DNA of 64,000 bases from Alphaproteobacteria bacterium Ga0077535 (GCA_001464425.1 LNEK01000042.1:70841-134840), one strand, 5' to 3'. Counted from the first letter of the stretch, positions 19,726-29,137 are shown. The notes: generated from the sequence alone by a model not told the origin. A program made the numbers and translations.

Positions 19726-20664
19726 TTAGGCCTGCGGTTCGAGTTCGTTCAGCGCCGTGAGCAGCGCCGTTTCATTGGCGGTGCGCTTGCCGTCGTCCTT
19801 GGTCATGCCAACGGCCCATGCCATTTCAACGAGCGTGAGTTTTGAGTCCTGCTCGTACTCGGCGTTGACCGCTTCGTAGTGGGCCTCGAACGCCTCGGTG
19901 GCGTTATAGTTCAGCTTTTTGCGGAACGCAGAAAAGCCGCCCTCGAACATGCTGCTCAAGAAAGCCACCGCACCTTTTTGCGGGCTGTGCAGCCACTTTT
20001 GGCGCGCCGCCATGCTTTCAGCTTCGAGCAGTTTCGGCGCGCGGCGGCCCATCAGATGGTTGAGCATGGCTTTGACGAAGAGATCGCCCCAGGCTTCGTC
20101 ATTGGCGCGGCCGTCGCACTCAGCGTCGAGCGTAAACAGCCAGCGCGCCTCTTCCTCAGTGACGGCGACTGCGCCGGAGCCGGCAGCGGCATAGAGGCAA
20201 CGGCGCACGAGCGCGACATCCGCCGCGTTCATCGCCCTACCCGCGACATGCGCCGACACACGTTGGCGCGCAAACGCGCTTAATGATTCTGGCGCGCTTT
20301 CAGCGCGTTCCAGAACCTTTAGCACGGTTTCCAATTCGGTTTCGGCGGCGCCTTCATGGCCGAAGCTAGCGATCAGCCACGTCACCGTGCCTTCATCGAC
20401 ATGGCCGGGATACACGCCGCTCTGCAGCACGTGATCGACAATGGCTTCGACGAACGCGCTCGCCCAGGCTTCGTCGGTGTTGGCGACGCGATCCTGCAAC
20501 GCCACCATCACGTCGGCTTCTTGACGCGTGACCACGCCATCCGGGAAAATTTCCTTGCGCATACGCAGCGCTTCGTCCGCGCTGATGCGGCGGTCGGCGG
20601 CGAGATCGTCGGCAAGGCTCATCAGGGCGGCGTTGTGCATCGAAAGCTCCGTGGGGAGCATCAC
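19726..20664 (-). CDS. Hypothetical helical-repeat protein (TerB-like repeats?)
   Basis: 312-aa ORF, GC3-rich. Internal repeat NTDEAWASAFVEAIVDHV / ANDEAWGDLFVKAMLNHL. No family recognised with certainty. Confidence 0.6.
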   Translation of the reverse strand: MMLPTELSMHNAALMSLADDLAADRRISADEALRMRKEIFPDGVVTRQEADVMVALQDRVANTDEAWASAFVEAIVDHVLQSGVYPGHVDEGTVTWLIASFGHEGAAETELETVLKVLERAESAPESLSAFARQRVSAHVAGRAMNAADVALVRRCLYAAAGSGAVAVTEEEARWLFTLDAECDGRANDEAWGDLFVKAMLNHLMGRRAPKLLEAESMAARQKWLHSPQKGAVAFLSSMFEGGFSAFRKKLNYNATEAFEAHYEAVNAEYEQDSKLTLVEMAWAVGMTKDDGKRTANETALLTALNELEPQA

Positions 20665-20715
20665 CTATACCGCACAGCACTTAACCCGCCGCAAAGCAGC
20701 AAGCTTAATGTAATC

Positions 20716-20753
20716 TTGAAAAGACGAACGCCGGCCCTTGCGAGCCGGCGTTC
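20716..20753 (-). terminator. Rho-independent terminator after small membrane-protein gene
   Basis: 10-bp stem GAACGCCGGC-N8-GCCGGCGTTC (20726-20753), followed on the minus strand by a T-rich tract GTCTTTTC. Confidence 0.5.
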
Positions 20754-20778
20754 TCAAGCGATGCCCAGAGACGAGGGG

Positions 20779-21057
20779 TTAATTCGTCAGAGTGCCGCTC
20801 GATTCATTTGCGGCCTGTTGCGCGCCATCAATGGTTGCGTCGGCTTGGCGTTCGACGCTCGTGAACATGCGATCAGCTTCAATCGCTGCCTGCTGGAAAG
20901 AGCCTTGGCTATAAACGAACGCGAGCATCGCGCCGACGAACAAGACGATGCCGACAAGCACGCCGAAGCCGAAGCCAAGGCCGCCGCGCTTCGGGCGTTC
21001 AATGATCACCCGGCCATCGGCATCTTGCTCGACGCGGGCCTCGTGAATTTTCGCCAT
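20779..21057 (-). CDS. Small single-pass membrane protein
   Basis: 92 aa with a central TM helix (GLGFGFGVLVGIVLFVGAMLAFVY). Downstream of PadR on the same strand. Confidence 0.5.
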   Translation of the reverse strand: MAKIHEARVEQDADGRVIIERPKRGGLGFGFGVLVGIVLFVGAMLAFVYSQGSFQQAAIEADRMFTSVERQADATIDGAQQAANESSGTLTN

Positions 21058-21138
21058 TCGGCGCTCCTAGATTTTGTGCGCCTCAACGCTCGGGGCACAA
21101 ACGCGAGTCTAGGCGCGCAGTTCCGGTGGAACGCGGGA

Positions 21139-21666
21139 TCAGCTGCGCTCGATTGCTTCTGTGAGAGGGCCGCGCTCCATGCGCAGACGCAGTGCGAGTT
21201 TGAGATTCTCCATCGCGCGCACAATTTGCGGCGCGCGGCCGCTTGAGAAACGCTCCTTCGCTGCGGCGAGGCGTTGCAACAAGTGCTCTGCGTCGGCGCG
21301 CTTGGCGGCGAGTTCATCGTTGCCCTGCTCGGTGAGCGCAAAGAGCTTCTTGGCGCCTTCGCTGGGTTCCTGCTGCGCGAGGCCCAACTCTTCGAGCATG
21401 GTGAGCAGCGGGTAGATGACACCGGGGCTGGGCGCATAGAGGCCGCCCGAAAGCTGTTCGATCTCCTTGATCAGCTCGTAGCCGTGGCGGGGTTGCTGGC
21501 CCAGGAGGGCGAGGACGACGAGGCGCAGATCGCCCTGGTCGAACATGCGGCGCATGCCGCCTCCGTGGCGCCGGCCGTGATGGCCATGCTCGCGCTGGCC
21601 GTCCCAAGCGTCGCGGCGGGGGCCGCGCATGTGCCGACAGTGCATTCTTTTCTGATGATGAAACAT
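21139..21666 (-). CDS. PadR-family transcriptional regulator with His/Arg-rich N-terminal tail
   Basis: 175 aa. Winged-helix core GDLRLVVLALLGQQPRHGYELIKEIEQLSGGLYAPSPGVIYPLLTMLEELGL. N-terminus MFHHQKRMHCRHM...HGHHGRRHGGG. Confidence 0.85.
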   Translation of the reverse strand: MFHHQKRMHCRHMRGPRRDAWDGQREHGHHGRRHGGGMRRMFDQGDLRLVVLALLGQQPRHGYELIKEIEQLSGGLYAPSPGVIYPLLTMLEELGLAQQEPSEGAKKLFALTEQGNDELAAKRADAEHLLQRLAAAKERFSSGRAPQIVRAMENLKLALRLRMERGPLTEAIERS

Positions 21667-21683
21667 TCAAACTCCGTGTGTGT

Positions 21684-21714
21684 TTCGATATATCGAAGTA
21701 AAAGATATATCGAA
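21684..21714. promoter_or_regulatory. Candidate operator: perfect 14-bp palindrome plus partial second copy
   Basis: TTCGATATATCGAA (21684-21697) is its own reverse complement. GATATATCGAA recurs at 21704-21714. It lies 18 nt upstream of the PadR ATG, in the PadR/fabI divergent spacer. Confidence 0.45.
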
Positions 21715-21800
21715 AGCGTGTCTTGTCAAGGGAGGGCCGCTGGCCTTGACCCGCGGCCCGCTCTGTCGGCAGGTGCCCGCCAAGAAATCAGGAGCTTCAG

Positions 21801-22616
21801 ATGGCCGACGAGTGGGTATTTCCGAAGGGCGAGCTAATGCGCGGCAAGCGCGGGCTGGTCATGGGCGTGGCCAATGACAAGTCGATCGCATGGGGCATCG
21901 CCCAGCAGCTCGCGGCGCAAGGCGCGGAGATCGCCTTCACCTATCAGGGCGAGGCGCTGGAAAAGCGGATCAAACCGTTGGCGGAAAGCGTCGGCTCAAA
22001 GATCGTGCTCGAATGCGACGCCACCAATGACGCGCACCTCGACGCCGTCTTCGACCGCCTCGGCAAGGAATGGGGTGGGCTCGACTTTCTCGTCCACTCG
22101 ATCGCCTTCTCCGACAAGAACGAACTCAAAGGCTCGTTCGTCGAGAACACCACGCGCGAAAACTTCCTGCGTTCGATGGATATCTCCGCGTTCTCATTCG
22201 TCGCTGCTGGCAAGCGCGCGTCGAAGCTGATGAAGCGCGACGGCTCGATGATCACGCTCACCTATCTTGGCGCCGAGCGCGTGCTGCCGAGCTACAATGT
22301 GATGGGCGTGGCGAAAGCGGCGCTTGAAGCATCGATGCGCTACATGGCTCGCGATCTGGGGCCCAGTGGCATTCGCGTGAATGCGATCAGCGCGGGCGCT
22401 ATGCGCACGCTCGCGATTGCCGGTATTCAAGGCGGACGTGGGCTTATTCAGACTGGCCGTGAATGGTCGGTTATGAAGGAAGACACGACGATGGAAGGCA
22501 TCGCCGGCTGCGCGTTGTGGCTGCTGAGCGACATTGGCCGCTCAACCACGGGCGAAGTCATCCACGTCGATGCCGGCTTCCACATCGTTGGCGTGCCAAG
22601 CACGGGCGACGAATAA
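21801..22616 (+). CDS. fabI: Enoyl-ACP reductase (NADH) FabI
   Basis: AGGAG 6 nt upstream of ATG 21801 (alternative ATG 21837 = MRGKRGLVMGVANDKSIAWGIA). Y-x6-K in SYNVMGVAKAALE. SDR fold throughout. Confidence 0.92.
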   Translation: MADEWVFPKGELMRGKRGLVMGVANDKSIAWGIAQQLAAQGAEIAFTYQGEALEKRIKPLAESVGSKIVLECDATNDAHLDAVFDRLGKEWGGLDFLVHSIAFSDKNELKGSFVENTTRENFLRSMDISAFSFVAAGKRASKLMKRDGSMITLTYLGAERVLPSYNVMGVAKAALEASMRYMARDLGPSGIRVNAISAGAMRTLAIAGIQGGRGLIQTGREWSVMKEDTTMEGIAGCALWLLSDIGRSTTGEVIHVDAGFHIVGVPSTGDE

Positions 22617-22619
22617 GGC

Positions 22620-22784
22620 TTAGTCCTTCGGCCGCTCGATGGCGTTATCGATCTCGATGCCGGTTTCGTCGGCTAAGCCTTCGTGCGCTTCCGGCGTGTT
22701 CTCCGCCGCTTCAGGGATGACGATGCCGTACGCCATACGCTCGGTGCGTTGGCGCGCGAGACGATGTTCGAATTGGTGCAGCAT
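22620..22784 (-). CDS. Unannotated 54-aa ORF (below ORF-track cutoff)
   Basis: ATG 22784 preceded by GGAGGA ~8 nt upstream. Translates MLHQFEHRLARQRTERMAYGIVIPEAAENTPEAHEGLADETGIEIDNAIERPKD. GC3-rich codons; fills an otherwise empty 217-nt gap. Confidence 0.4.
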   Translation of the reverse strand: MLHQFEHRLARQRTERMAYGIVIPEAAENTPEAHEGLADETGIEIDNAIERPKD

Positions 22785-22833
22785 CCTGGCTTCCTCCACG
22801 GAGGCAAACGGCGAACGAGCCCGCGTGTTCCCG

Positions 22834-23052
22834 TTAGAACGGAACCTGCGCGTCGATCAGGATTTGGCGCGCCGCCTCAAGCTCTTCCTCGATGACGAGC
22901 AAACGCCAGCCGCCCATGACGCCAGCGTCGAGCTGGCCTGCGACCAGGCCCTGCTCCGGCATGACGACGCCGATGCCTTCCGCTTCCAGCAAGGATCGCG
23001 CGACCATTGCTTCCGGGAAAGACGTGAACTTGGCGAGGGTGACGACGGCCAT
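22834..23052 (-). CDS. DUF2007-like small protein
   Basis: Track ORF 22834..23130, trimmed to ATG 23052 (MAVVTLAKFTSFPEAMVARSLLEAEGIGVVMPEQ...), the typical DUF2007 pattern. Confidence 0.6.
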   Translation of the reverse strand: MAVVTLAKFTSFPEAMVARSLLEAEGIGVVMPEQGLVAGQLDAGVMGGWRLLVIEEELEAARQILIDAQVPF

Positions 23053-23104
23053 GGGGGCACTAGACACGGCAAGGCCAGCGCGCGCCAGCCCTGCTTGCAT
23101 TGCG

Positions 23105-23785
23105 TCAGGGCCGTCGCGCGTACCAGCCACGGATCATAAAGGCTTGAAAAAACTCGACCGGCGTCCCGAACCCACTCTCGCGCCATAACGCGACAGTCTC
23201 TGCCGGCGATAAAACATGCAGAGCATTGCGCAAAGTATCGCCGAGCTTTTGCAGAGACTCCGGCGTAGCGCCCATCAGTGCTTGGATCTGCTCCCAGTTC
23301 CTGAGCATCGCAGGAAACTCGTCCGCGTTGAGATCGGCGCTGATCTCCGCACTGACGTAATAGCCTTCAGACTTTAGCCGCTTCAAAATGCTTCGGTAAA
23401 AATCGCCCCGCTCCGCGCGCGCGATGAAGTGCGCGACCAGAATGCTCAAGACAGCGTCGAAGCCGGGCGCGTCCGGCGCATCTTGCACATAGCCGTGAAT
23501 GAGCTCGCACCTGTCGCCCACACGTTCCTGCGCCAACCGGCTGCGGCAAACGTCGAGCATTTCCTTCGAAGGATCGACACCGACAAACGTCCATCCGGGA
23601 TAGGCCTTAGCGAGCGAGAGAATTTCAGCGCCAGTGCCGACGCCAACGCACAGAATACGCGCATCCGACGGCAAGTCCGCCAACACGAGGCGCACGAGTA
23701 AATGCAGATTGTCGGAAATCGGCGAGAGCTTGCTGTTTCTCTCGTCATAGCGCTTGGCCATGTCCTGATTGAAGAAGTCCGACAT
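23105..23785 (-). CDS. Class I SAM-dependent methyltransferase
   Basis: 226 aa. SAM motif ILCVGVGTGAE, then DAVLSILVAHF. Confidence 0.8.
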   Translation of the reverse strand: MSDFFNQDMAKRYDERNSKLSPISDNLHLLVRLVLADLPSDARILCVGVGTGAEILSLAKAYPGWTFVGVDPSKEMLDVCRSRLAQERVGDRCELIHGYVQDAPDAPGFDAVLSILVAHFIARAERGDFYRSILKRLKSEGYYVSAEISADLNADEFPAMLRNWEQIQALMGATPESLQKLGDTLRNALHVLSPAETVALWRESGFGTPVEFFQAFMIRGWYARRP

Positions 23786-23836
23786 TGATTATCCTTGCGC
23801 GCAGCCCGTGGCTGAGAAGATAGGGAGCGCCCTCGT

Positions 23837-23874
23837 CAAAAACAAAAAGCCCGCCTCTTGCGAAGCGGGCTTTC
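23837..23874 (-). terminator. Rho-independent terminator of pnp
   Basis: Minus strand reads AAAGCCCGC-TTCGCAAGA-GGCGGGCTTTTTGTTTTT, starting about 25 nt after the pnp stop. Confidence 0.65.
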
Positions 23875-23896
23875 CGTTTTGCGTTAGCGTTAGAGC

Positions 23897-26131
23897 TTAG
23901 TCGCCCGAGCTTTCGCGGCGCGGACGGTCACGGCCGCCGCCGCCACGGCGCGGGCCGCGATCACCGCGGTCGCTACGTTCGCGGCGCGGGCCCTCATCGA
24001 TCGCTTCATCGCCAAGCTCGGCGGTGAGATCGGCGCCCGTGGCTTGATCAACCACCTTCATCGAGAGCTTCACTTTGCCGCGATCGTCGAAGCCGAGGAG
24101 CTTCACCTTCACGGTGTCGCCCTCTTTGACCACATCGCCCGGCTTCTCAACGCGCTCTCGCGCCAGCTGAGAAACGTGAACGAGGCCGTCCTTGGCGCCG
24201 AAGAAGTTCACGAACGCGCCGAACTCCATCACCTTCACGACCTTGCCTTCGTAGATCATGCCGACTTCCGGCTCGCTGGTCAGCGACTTGATCCACTTGA
24301 TCGCCGCTTCGATCGACTCGGCGTTGGCCGAAGCCACCTTCACCGTGCCGTCGTCTTCGACGTTCACTTTCGCGCCGGTCTTTTCCACGATTTCGCGGAT
24401 GACCTTGCCGCCGGTGCCGATCACGTCACGGATCTTATCGACCGGGATCTTGATCTGCTCGATGCGCGGGGCGTTCTTGCCGACTTCACCGCGCGGCGCG
24501 TCCATGGCTTTCGCCATTTCGCCGAGGATGTGGAGGCGCGCGCCATGAGCACGGTCGAGCGCGACCTGCATGATCTCTTGCGTGATGCCAGCGACCTTGA
24601 TGTCCATCTGCAGCGAGGTGATGCCCTTTTGGGTGCCCGCCACTTTGAAATCCATGTCGCCGAGGTGGTCTTCGTCACCGAGGATGTCGGTCAGAACTTC
24701 AAAGCCGTAGTCTTCCAGGATGAGGCCCATCGCAACGCCGGCCACCGGCGCCGAAATCGGCACGCCTGCATCCATGAGCGCGAGCGAAGAGCCGCAAACC
24801 GTGGCCATTGAGGACGAGCCGTTCGACTCGGTGATCTCGGAGACGAGGCGCACCGTGTACGGGAATTGCTCAGCCGTCGGCAGAACCGCCTTCATCGCGC
24901 GCCACGCCAACTTGCCGTGGCCGATTTCGCGGCGGCCGGCCCCGCCCATACGGCCGGTTTCACCGACGCTGTAGGGAGGGAAGTTGTAGTGGAGCATGAA
25001 GCGCTCCTTGTAGGTGCCGCCGAGCGCGTCGATGAATTGCTCATCTTCGCCGGTGCCGAGCGTGGCGACGACGATTGATTGCGTCTCACCGCGCGTGAAC
25101 AGCGCCGAGCCGTGCGTACGCGGCAGGAAGCCGACCATCGACTCGATCGGACGGACCTTGTCGACGGCGCGGCCATCGATGCGGCCCTTTTCCTTCACGA
25201 TACGCGTGCGGACGATTTCGCTTTCGACCGCTTTGAAGACTTCCTTGAACACGTTGGCGTCGACGCCATCCGGGTTCGCGTCCGACTTCACCAGAGCGGC
25301 CTTGGCCTTATCGCGTTGCGCGCCGACGGCGGCGTAGCGTTCGTCCTTCTTGGTGATCTTGTAGGCGGTGGCGAGATCGCCGCCGACCAGGTCGAAGATC
25401 TTTTTCTGCAGCGTCGAGTGATCCGGCGGATCGAATGCAAACGGCTCTTTGCCCGCTTGTTCGGCCAGATCGATGATCGCGTCGATCACCGGCTGCATGC
25501 CTTTGTGCGCCAGCGCCAGGGCTTCAAGCATTTGCGCTTCGCTGAGCTCTTTCACTTCCGACTCGACCATCATGATCGCGTTGGCGGTGCCGGCGACGAC
25601 GAGATCGAGATCCGACGTCTTCATTTGCTCGATCGTCGGGTTCAGCATCGGCTTGCCGTCGATCCAGCCCACGCGGCTAGCGGCGATCGGGCCCATGAAC
25701 GGCACGCCGGAGATGGTCAGCGCAGCCGAGGCCGCGACCATGGCGAGCAGATCGGACTCGTTTTCATTGTCCCAGCTCAGCACCGTGATGATGACTTGGA
25801 CTTCGTTCTTGAAGCCATCGACGAACAGCGGACGGATCGGGCGATCGATCAGGCGCGACAGCAGCGTCTCACGTTCAGTCGGGCGGCCTTCGCGCTTGAA
25901 GAAGCCGCCAGGAATGCGGCCAGAGGCGAAGTACTTTTCTTGGTAGTTCACGGTCAGCGGGAAAAAGTCTTGTCCCGGCTTTGCTTCCTTCGCGTAGACG
26001 ACCGTCGCGAGCAGAGCGGTTTCGCCCCACGTGGCGAACACAGCGCCGTCAGCTTGACGCGCGACGCGGCCGGTTTCGAGCGTGAGCGGACGCCCGGCCC
26101 AATCGATGGAAACGGATTTGGTATCAAACAT
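23897..26131 (-). CDS. pnp: Polyribonucleotide nucleotidyltransferase (PNPase)
   Basis: 744 aa. Two RNase PH domains, KH and S1, with collinear conserved blocks ([33 protein letters not shown]). Arg/Gly-rich C-terminal tail. Confidence 0.97.
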   Translation of the reverse strand: MFDTKSVSIDWAGRPLTLETGRVARQADGAVFATWGETALLATVVYAKEAKPGQDFFPLTVNYQEKYFASGRIPGGFFKREGRPTERETLLSRLIDRPIRPLFVDGFKNEVQVIITVLSWDNENESDLLAMVAASAALTISGVPFMGPIAASRVGWIDGKPMLNPTIEQMKTSDLDLVVAGTANAIMMVESEVKELSEAQMLEALALAHKGMQPVIDAIIDLAEQAGKEPFAFDPPDHSTLQKKIFDLVGGDLATAYKITKKDERYAAVGAQRDKAKAALVKSDANPDGVDANVFKEVFKAVESEIVRTRIVKEKGRIDGRAVDKVRPIESMVGFLPRTHGSALFTRGETQSIVVATLGTGEDEQFIDALGGTYKERFMLHYNFPPYSVGETGRMGGAGRREIGHGKLAWRAMKAVLPTAEQFPYTVRLVSEITESNGSSSMATVCGSSLALMDAGVPISAPVAGVAMGLILEDYGFEVLTDILGDEDHLGDMDFKVAGTQKGITSLQMDIKVAGITQEIMQVALDRAHGARLHILGEMAKAMDAPRGEVGKNAPRIEQIKIPVDKIRDVIGTGGKVIREIVEKTGAKVNVEDDGTVKVASANAESIEAAIKWIKSLTSEPEVGMIYEGKVVKVMEFGAFVNFFGAKDGLVHVSQLARERVEKPGDVVKEGDTVKVKLLGFDDRGKVKLSMKVVDQATGADLTAELGDEAIDEGPRRERSDRGDRGPRRGGGGRDRPRRESSGD

Positions 26132-26319
26132 ACATCTAACTCCAGGCCGGAAGCCGGTGCTTCCTCAGGCCTCGTACATGCGCAACGGCGATCCGTTACG
26201 CGAATTGCCTCCGCCCCGGATGGGCGGAGGTTCGCAACCCGCGCGAGCGCGGGAATGGTTTTGAAGAGTGGTCGCGCGAGGTCTGTAGCGTTTGCGCCAG
26301 CACCCTCACCGGACAGCGC
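26132..26319 (-). promoter_or_regulatory. Structured rpsO-pnp intergenic leader
   Basis: 188-nt spacer with strong hairpins, e.g. CCTCCGCCC-N5-GGGCGGAGG (26208-26230) and CCCGCGC-TC-GCGCGGG. Same position as the RNase III-processed pnp leader known from E. coli. Confidence 0.35.
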
Positions 26320-26589
26320 TTAGCGGCGCAGACCCAGTTTTTCGATGAGCGCTTGGTAGCGCGGCACATCGCGATCCTTCAGATAGTCGAGCAACCGACG
26401 ACGCTGCGAGACCATTTTCAGAAGGCCTTGGCGCGAGTGGTTGTCTTTCTTGTGCGTCTTGAAGTGCTCGGTGAGGTTGGTGATCCGCTCTGAGAGGATC
26501 GCAACCTGAACTTCCGGCGAGCCGGTGTCGTTCTTGCTCTTCGCATTGTCTTTAATGAGCGCTTGCTTGCGCTCTGCGGTAACCGACAT
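26320..26589 (-). CDS. rpsO: 30S ribosomal protein S15
   Basis: 89 aa: [48 protein letters not shown]. Confidence 0.97.
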   Translation of the reverse strand: MSVTAERKQALIKDNAKSKNDTGSPEVQVAILSERITNLTEHFKTHKKDNHSRQGLLKMVSQRRRLLDYLKDRDVPRYQALIEKLGLRR

Positions 26590-26601
26590 CGGTACTCCTT
26601 A

Positions 26602-27555
26602 TTAATCTGCGATGTTAAAGACGCGGCTCGGCTCAAAGCGCCCAGCTCGCACGTCACCCAGCGCAACCGCTTTGCCCTGAAACAGAGCAACCACCGCACG
26701 GGAGGCATCCTGCCCGGCGATGGTGCGGTCTCGGAACTGAGGCTTCAGGCTCTCCATCACATGCGGAAGGAGAACGATGGGCCGTCCCTGTCTGAGCTTG
26801 AACGCGTCCTCTCCGTTAATGGCCAGTGCCGGGATGTCGTCCAGCGCGGTCTCAACGGGTTTCAGGCGTTCTGACGCGGCGCCCTTTTGACCTAAAAGCT
26901 GCAGGTCGTCCAGTGTGACGCTTTCAGCCTCGGTAAACGGACCAACCGCGGTTCGGCGCAGGCGCCAGACGTGGCCTTCTGCGCCAAGTTTTGCCGCCAA
27001 ATCGCGGACCAGGGCGCGGATGTAGAAGCCTTTGCCAGAGCGGAAACGGAAAGTGGCGAGATCGCCCTCGGTTTCGACCAGCTCGGCCTCGTAAACCGTG
27101 ACTTGGCGCGGCTCAAGCTCGACCGTCTCACCAGCGCGGGCAAGATCGTAGGCGCGCTCGCCATCGACCTTAACGGCGCTGAATTGCGGCGGGATCTGCT
27201 GAATCTCGCCGATGAAGGCCGGCAGCGCGGCGCGGATTGCTTCGGCTGTGGGGCGAACAGGGCTTTCGGCGATCGACTTGCCTTCGCGGTCCTGGGTGTC
27301 GGTCGAGACGCCCCATTTGATGGTGAAGATGTAGGTCTTCCGCGCCTCCATCAGCCACGGCACGGTCTTGGTCGCCTCGCCCAGGGCGATCGGCAAAATG
27401 CCGGACGCGAGCGGATCGAGCGTGCCGGCGTGGCCAGCCTTTTGCGCATTGAAGAGGCGGCGGATGGCGGCGACGGCATGCGTCGAGGTCATGTCGTCGG
27501 GCTTATCAAGCACCACCCAACCGGAGACGTCATCGCCCTTTTTGCGCCGGCCCAT
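26602..27555 (-). CDS. truB: tRNA pseudouridine(55) synthase
   Basis: 317 aa. Catalytic motif [33 protein letters not shown]. Confidence 0.95.
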   Translation of the reverse strand: MGRRKKGDDVSGWVVLDKPDDMTSTHAVAAIRRLFNAQKAGHAGTLDPLASGILPIALGEATKTVPWLMEARKTYIFTIKWGVSTDTQDREGKSIAESPVRPTAEAIRAALPAFIGEIQQIPPQFSAVKVDGERAYDLARAGETVELEPRQVTVYEAELVETEGDLATFRFRSGKGFYIRALVRDLAAKLGAEGHVWRLRRTAVGPFTEAESVTLDDLQLLGQKGAASERLKPVETALDDIPALAINGEDAFKLRQGRPIVLLPHVMESLKPQFRDRTIAGQDASRAVVALFQGKAVALGDVRAGRFEPSRVFNIAD

Positions 27556-27620
27556 CTTAAGTCCTCACACCGACAGCGGCGGATTTGGCCGGGGCGGCTG
27601 AAAAATGATACAAGTGCGCC

Positions 27621-27836
27621 ATGGCCAATCTCGACGCCACCATCGCCCGCCTGCGTTCCTTGCCGGAAGAGAAGCAAGAAGCCATGGCCGCGCAGATCGA
27701 CCTCATGCTGGATGAAGCCGGCGAAGACCTCTTAAGCGCCGAACAATGGGCGGAGATAGAGGCGCGGCTCGACGCTGACGAGCGCATGACGCCGCACGAT
27801 GAAGTGGTTCGCGCATTCCGCGACCGACCGCGCTGA
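27621..27836 (+). CDS. Putative antitoxin (addiction-module component, TIGR02574-like)
   Basis: 71 aa with the LPEEKQEAMAAQIDLML pattern. Its stop overlaps the toxin ATG (TGATG at 27834-27838). Confidence 0.6.
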   Translation: MANLDATIARLRSLPEEKQEAMAAQIDLMLDEAGEDLLSAEQWAEIEARLDADERMTPHDEVVRAFRDRPR

Positions 27837-28117
27837 TGCGAATTGTTTGGGGCGAAGGCGCAAGACGCGACTTCGACTCGGCGATCGCGTACCTGCGAAA
27901 ACAGAGCCCGGCTGGGGCAGATCGCGTCGGCGAGCGCATCTTGGCCGCCATCGCTTTGCTTGAGCACTTTCCCGAGCTCGCCCCGCCTTCTCAGCTGCAC
28001 CGCCAACTGAGGCAATTGGCAGTCGCGCGAACGCCGTACTTGGTCATCTATCGCGTCGGCACCGAACACGTTGAGGTTCGGGCCATCGTTCACGCCAAGC
28101 AACGCAGGCGGAAGTGA
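27836..28117 (+). CDS. RelE/ParE-family type II toxin
   Basis: 93 aa. ParE-like pattern A..DFDSAIAYL...RQLAVARTPYLVIYRVGTEHVEVRAIVHAKQ. Translationally coupled to the upstream small ORF. Confidence 0.8.
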   Translation: MRIVWGEGARRDFDSAIAYLRKQSPAGADRVGERILAAIALLEHFPELAPPSQLHRQLRQLAVARTPYLVIYRVGTEHVEVRAIVHAKQRRRK

Positions 28118-28119
28118 AT

Positions 28120-28530
28120 TCACTCTTCGCCCTCGCGCTTCAGATCGCGCGCCACTTCCGGGCTCGCCAGCAGCTCATCGATGTGGCGCGCTTCTTCGTA
28201 AGACACGTCCGGCTGGAAGTGCAGCTCTGGCGTGAACCTGAGATCAACACTGCGCGCCAGGCGGCCGCGTACAAAACTGGAGATGCGCGTTAGGCCATTG
28301 GCGATCACCCGCGGATCGGTGGGGCCGAGCGATGAGACGAACGCGGTCATGTGCTTCAGATCGGGCGAGGCGCGCACTTCGCCGATCGTAATGGAAGCGC
28401 CGATGAGATCGGGATCGCGCAACTCTTCGCGTGCGACGATGTCCACTAGCGCGTGGCGCACCAGTTCTGCGGCGCGCAACTGGCGCTGCGAAGGGCCCTG
28501 GGCCCCCTGACCTCGCGATTTGCGTTTCAT
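28120..28530 (-). CDS. rbfA: Ribosome-binding factor A
   Basis: 136 aa: QRQLRAAELVRHALVDIVAREELRDPDL...ITIGEVRASPDLKHMTAFV. Confidence 0.93.
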   Translation of the reverse strand: MKRKSRGQGAQGPSQRQLRAAELVRHALVDIVAREELRDPDLIGASITIGEVRASPDLKHMTAFVSSLGPTDPRVIANGLTRISSFVRGRLARSVDLRFTPELHFQPDVSYEEARHIDELLASPEVARDLKREGEE

Positions 28531-28539
28531 ACTTTGCTT

Positions 28540-29127
28540 CTACTGCGCGGTGAACGCGAAGGCCGCGCAAAACTCGGGATCGGCGCTCGTCGGCGGCTGT
28601 GCTTCGCCTGCGAACGCGGCGAGCTTGAACACCCAACGGCCGCTTGAGTCCACGAACTCGCTCACCGCCAGGTGCCGCGCCTCGCGCTCGCCGCAGAGCC
28701 CGCCGGTGCGACCGGGAATTAGGTTTTCGGTCTGAACGCGGTAGAGGTGCGCATCGACGCGCGGATCGCCGGCGAGAATTGCAGCAAAGCTCTGCCCGCC
28801 GGACGCCGCGCGCTGATCTGCCGGCACCACATTATAGGGCTGCGCCCGAACCGTGATGCCGTTCGCGAATGCAAACACCACCGGGCCGCCGCGGCGGCCT
28901 TCAAGGCTGACACGGAGATTGCCGGTGACGGTGCGCGCTTGCTCGCTCACCGCGCGCCATTGCGAGCGCGCGACTGCGGGTTCTTCCTGCGGCACGGCGT
29001 CGACGCGGGTTTCCGCTTCGACCACCGTCGCCGGCCGTTCACCCGGCAGCTTTTCATCGCTGCTTTGGCGCTGACATGCGCTAAGCGCAAATACCGCCGC
29101 TAATGCTGCTACGACAACGCCGCGCAT
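28540..29127 (-). CDS. Hypothetical lipoprotein embedded between infB and rbfA
   Basis: Track ORF 28540..29184, trimmed to ATG 29127 (MRGVVVAALAAVFALSAC lipobox), 10 nt after the infB stop. No recognisable domain. Confidence 0.6.
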   Translation of the reverse strand: MRGVVVAALAAVFALSACQRQSSDEKLPGERPATVVEAETRVDAVPQEEPAVARSQWRAVSEQARTVTGNLRVSLEGRRGGPVVFAFANGITVRAQPYNVVPADQRAASGGQSFAAILAGDPRVDAHLYRVQTENLIPGRTGGLCGEREARHLAVSEFVDSSGRWVFKLAAFAGEAQPPTSADPEFCAAFAFTAQ

Positions 29128-29137
29128 TCTAAACGCC

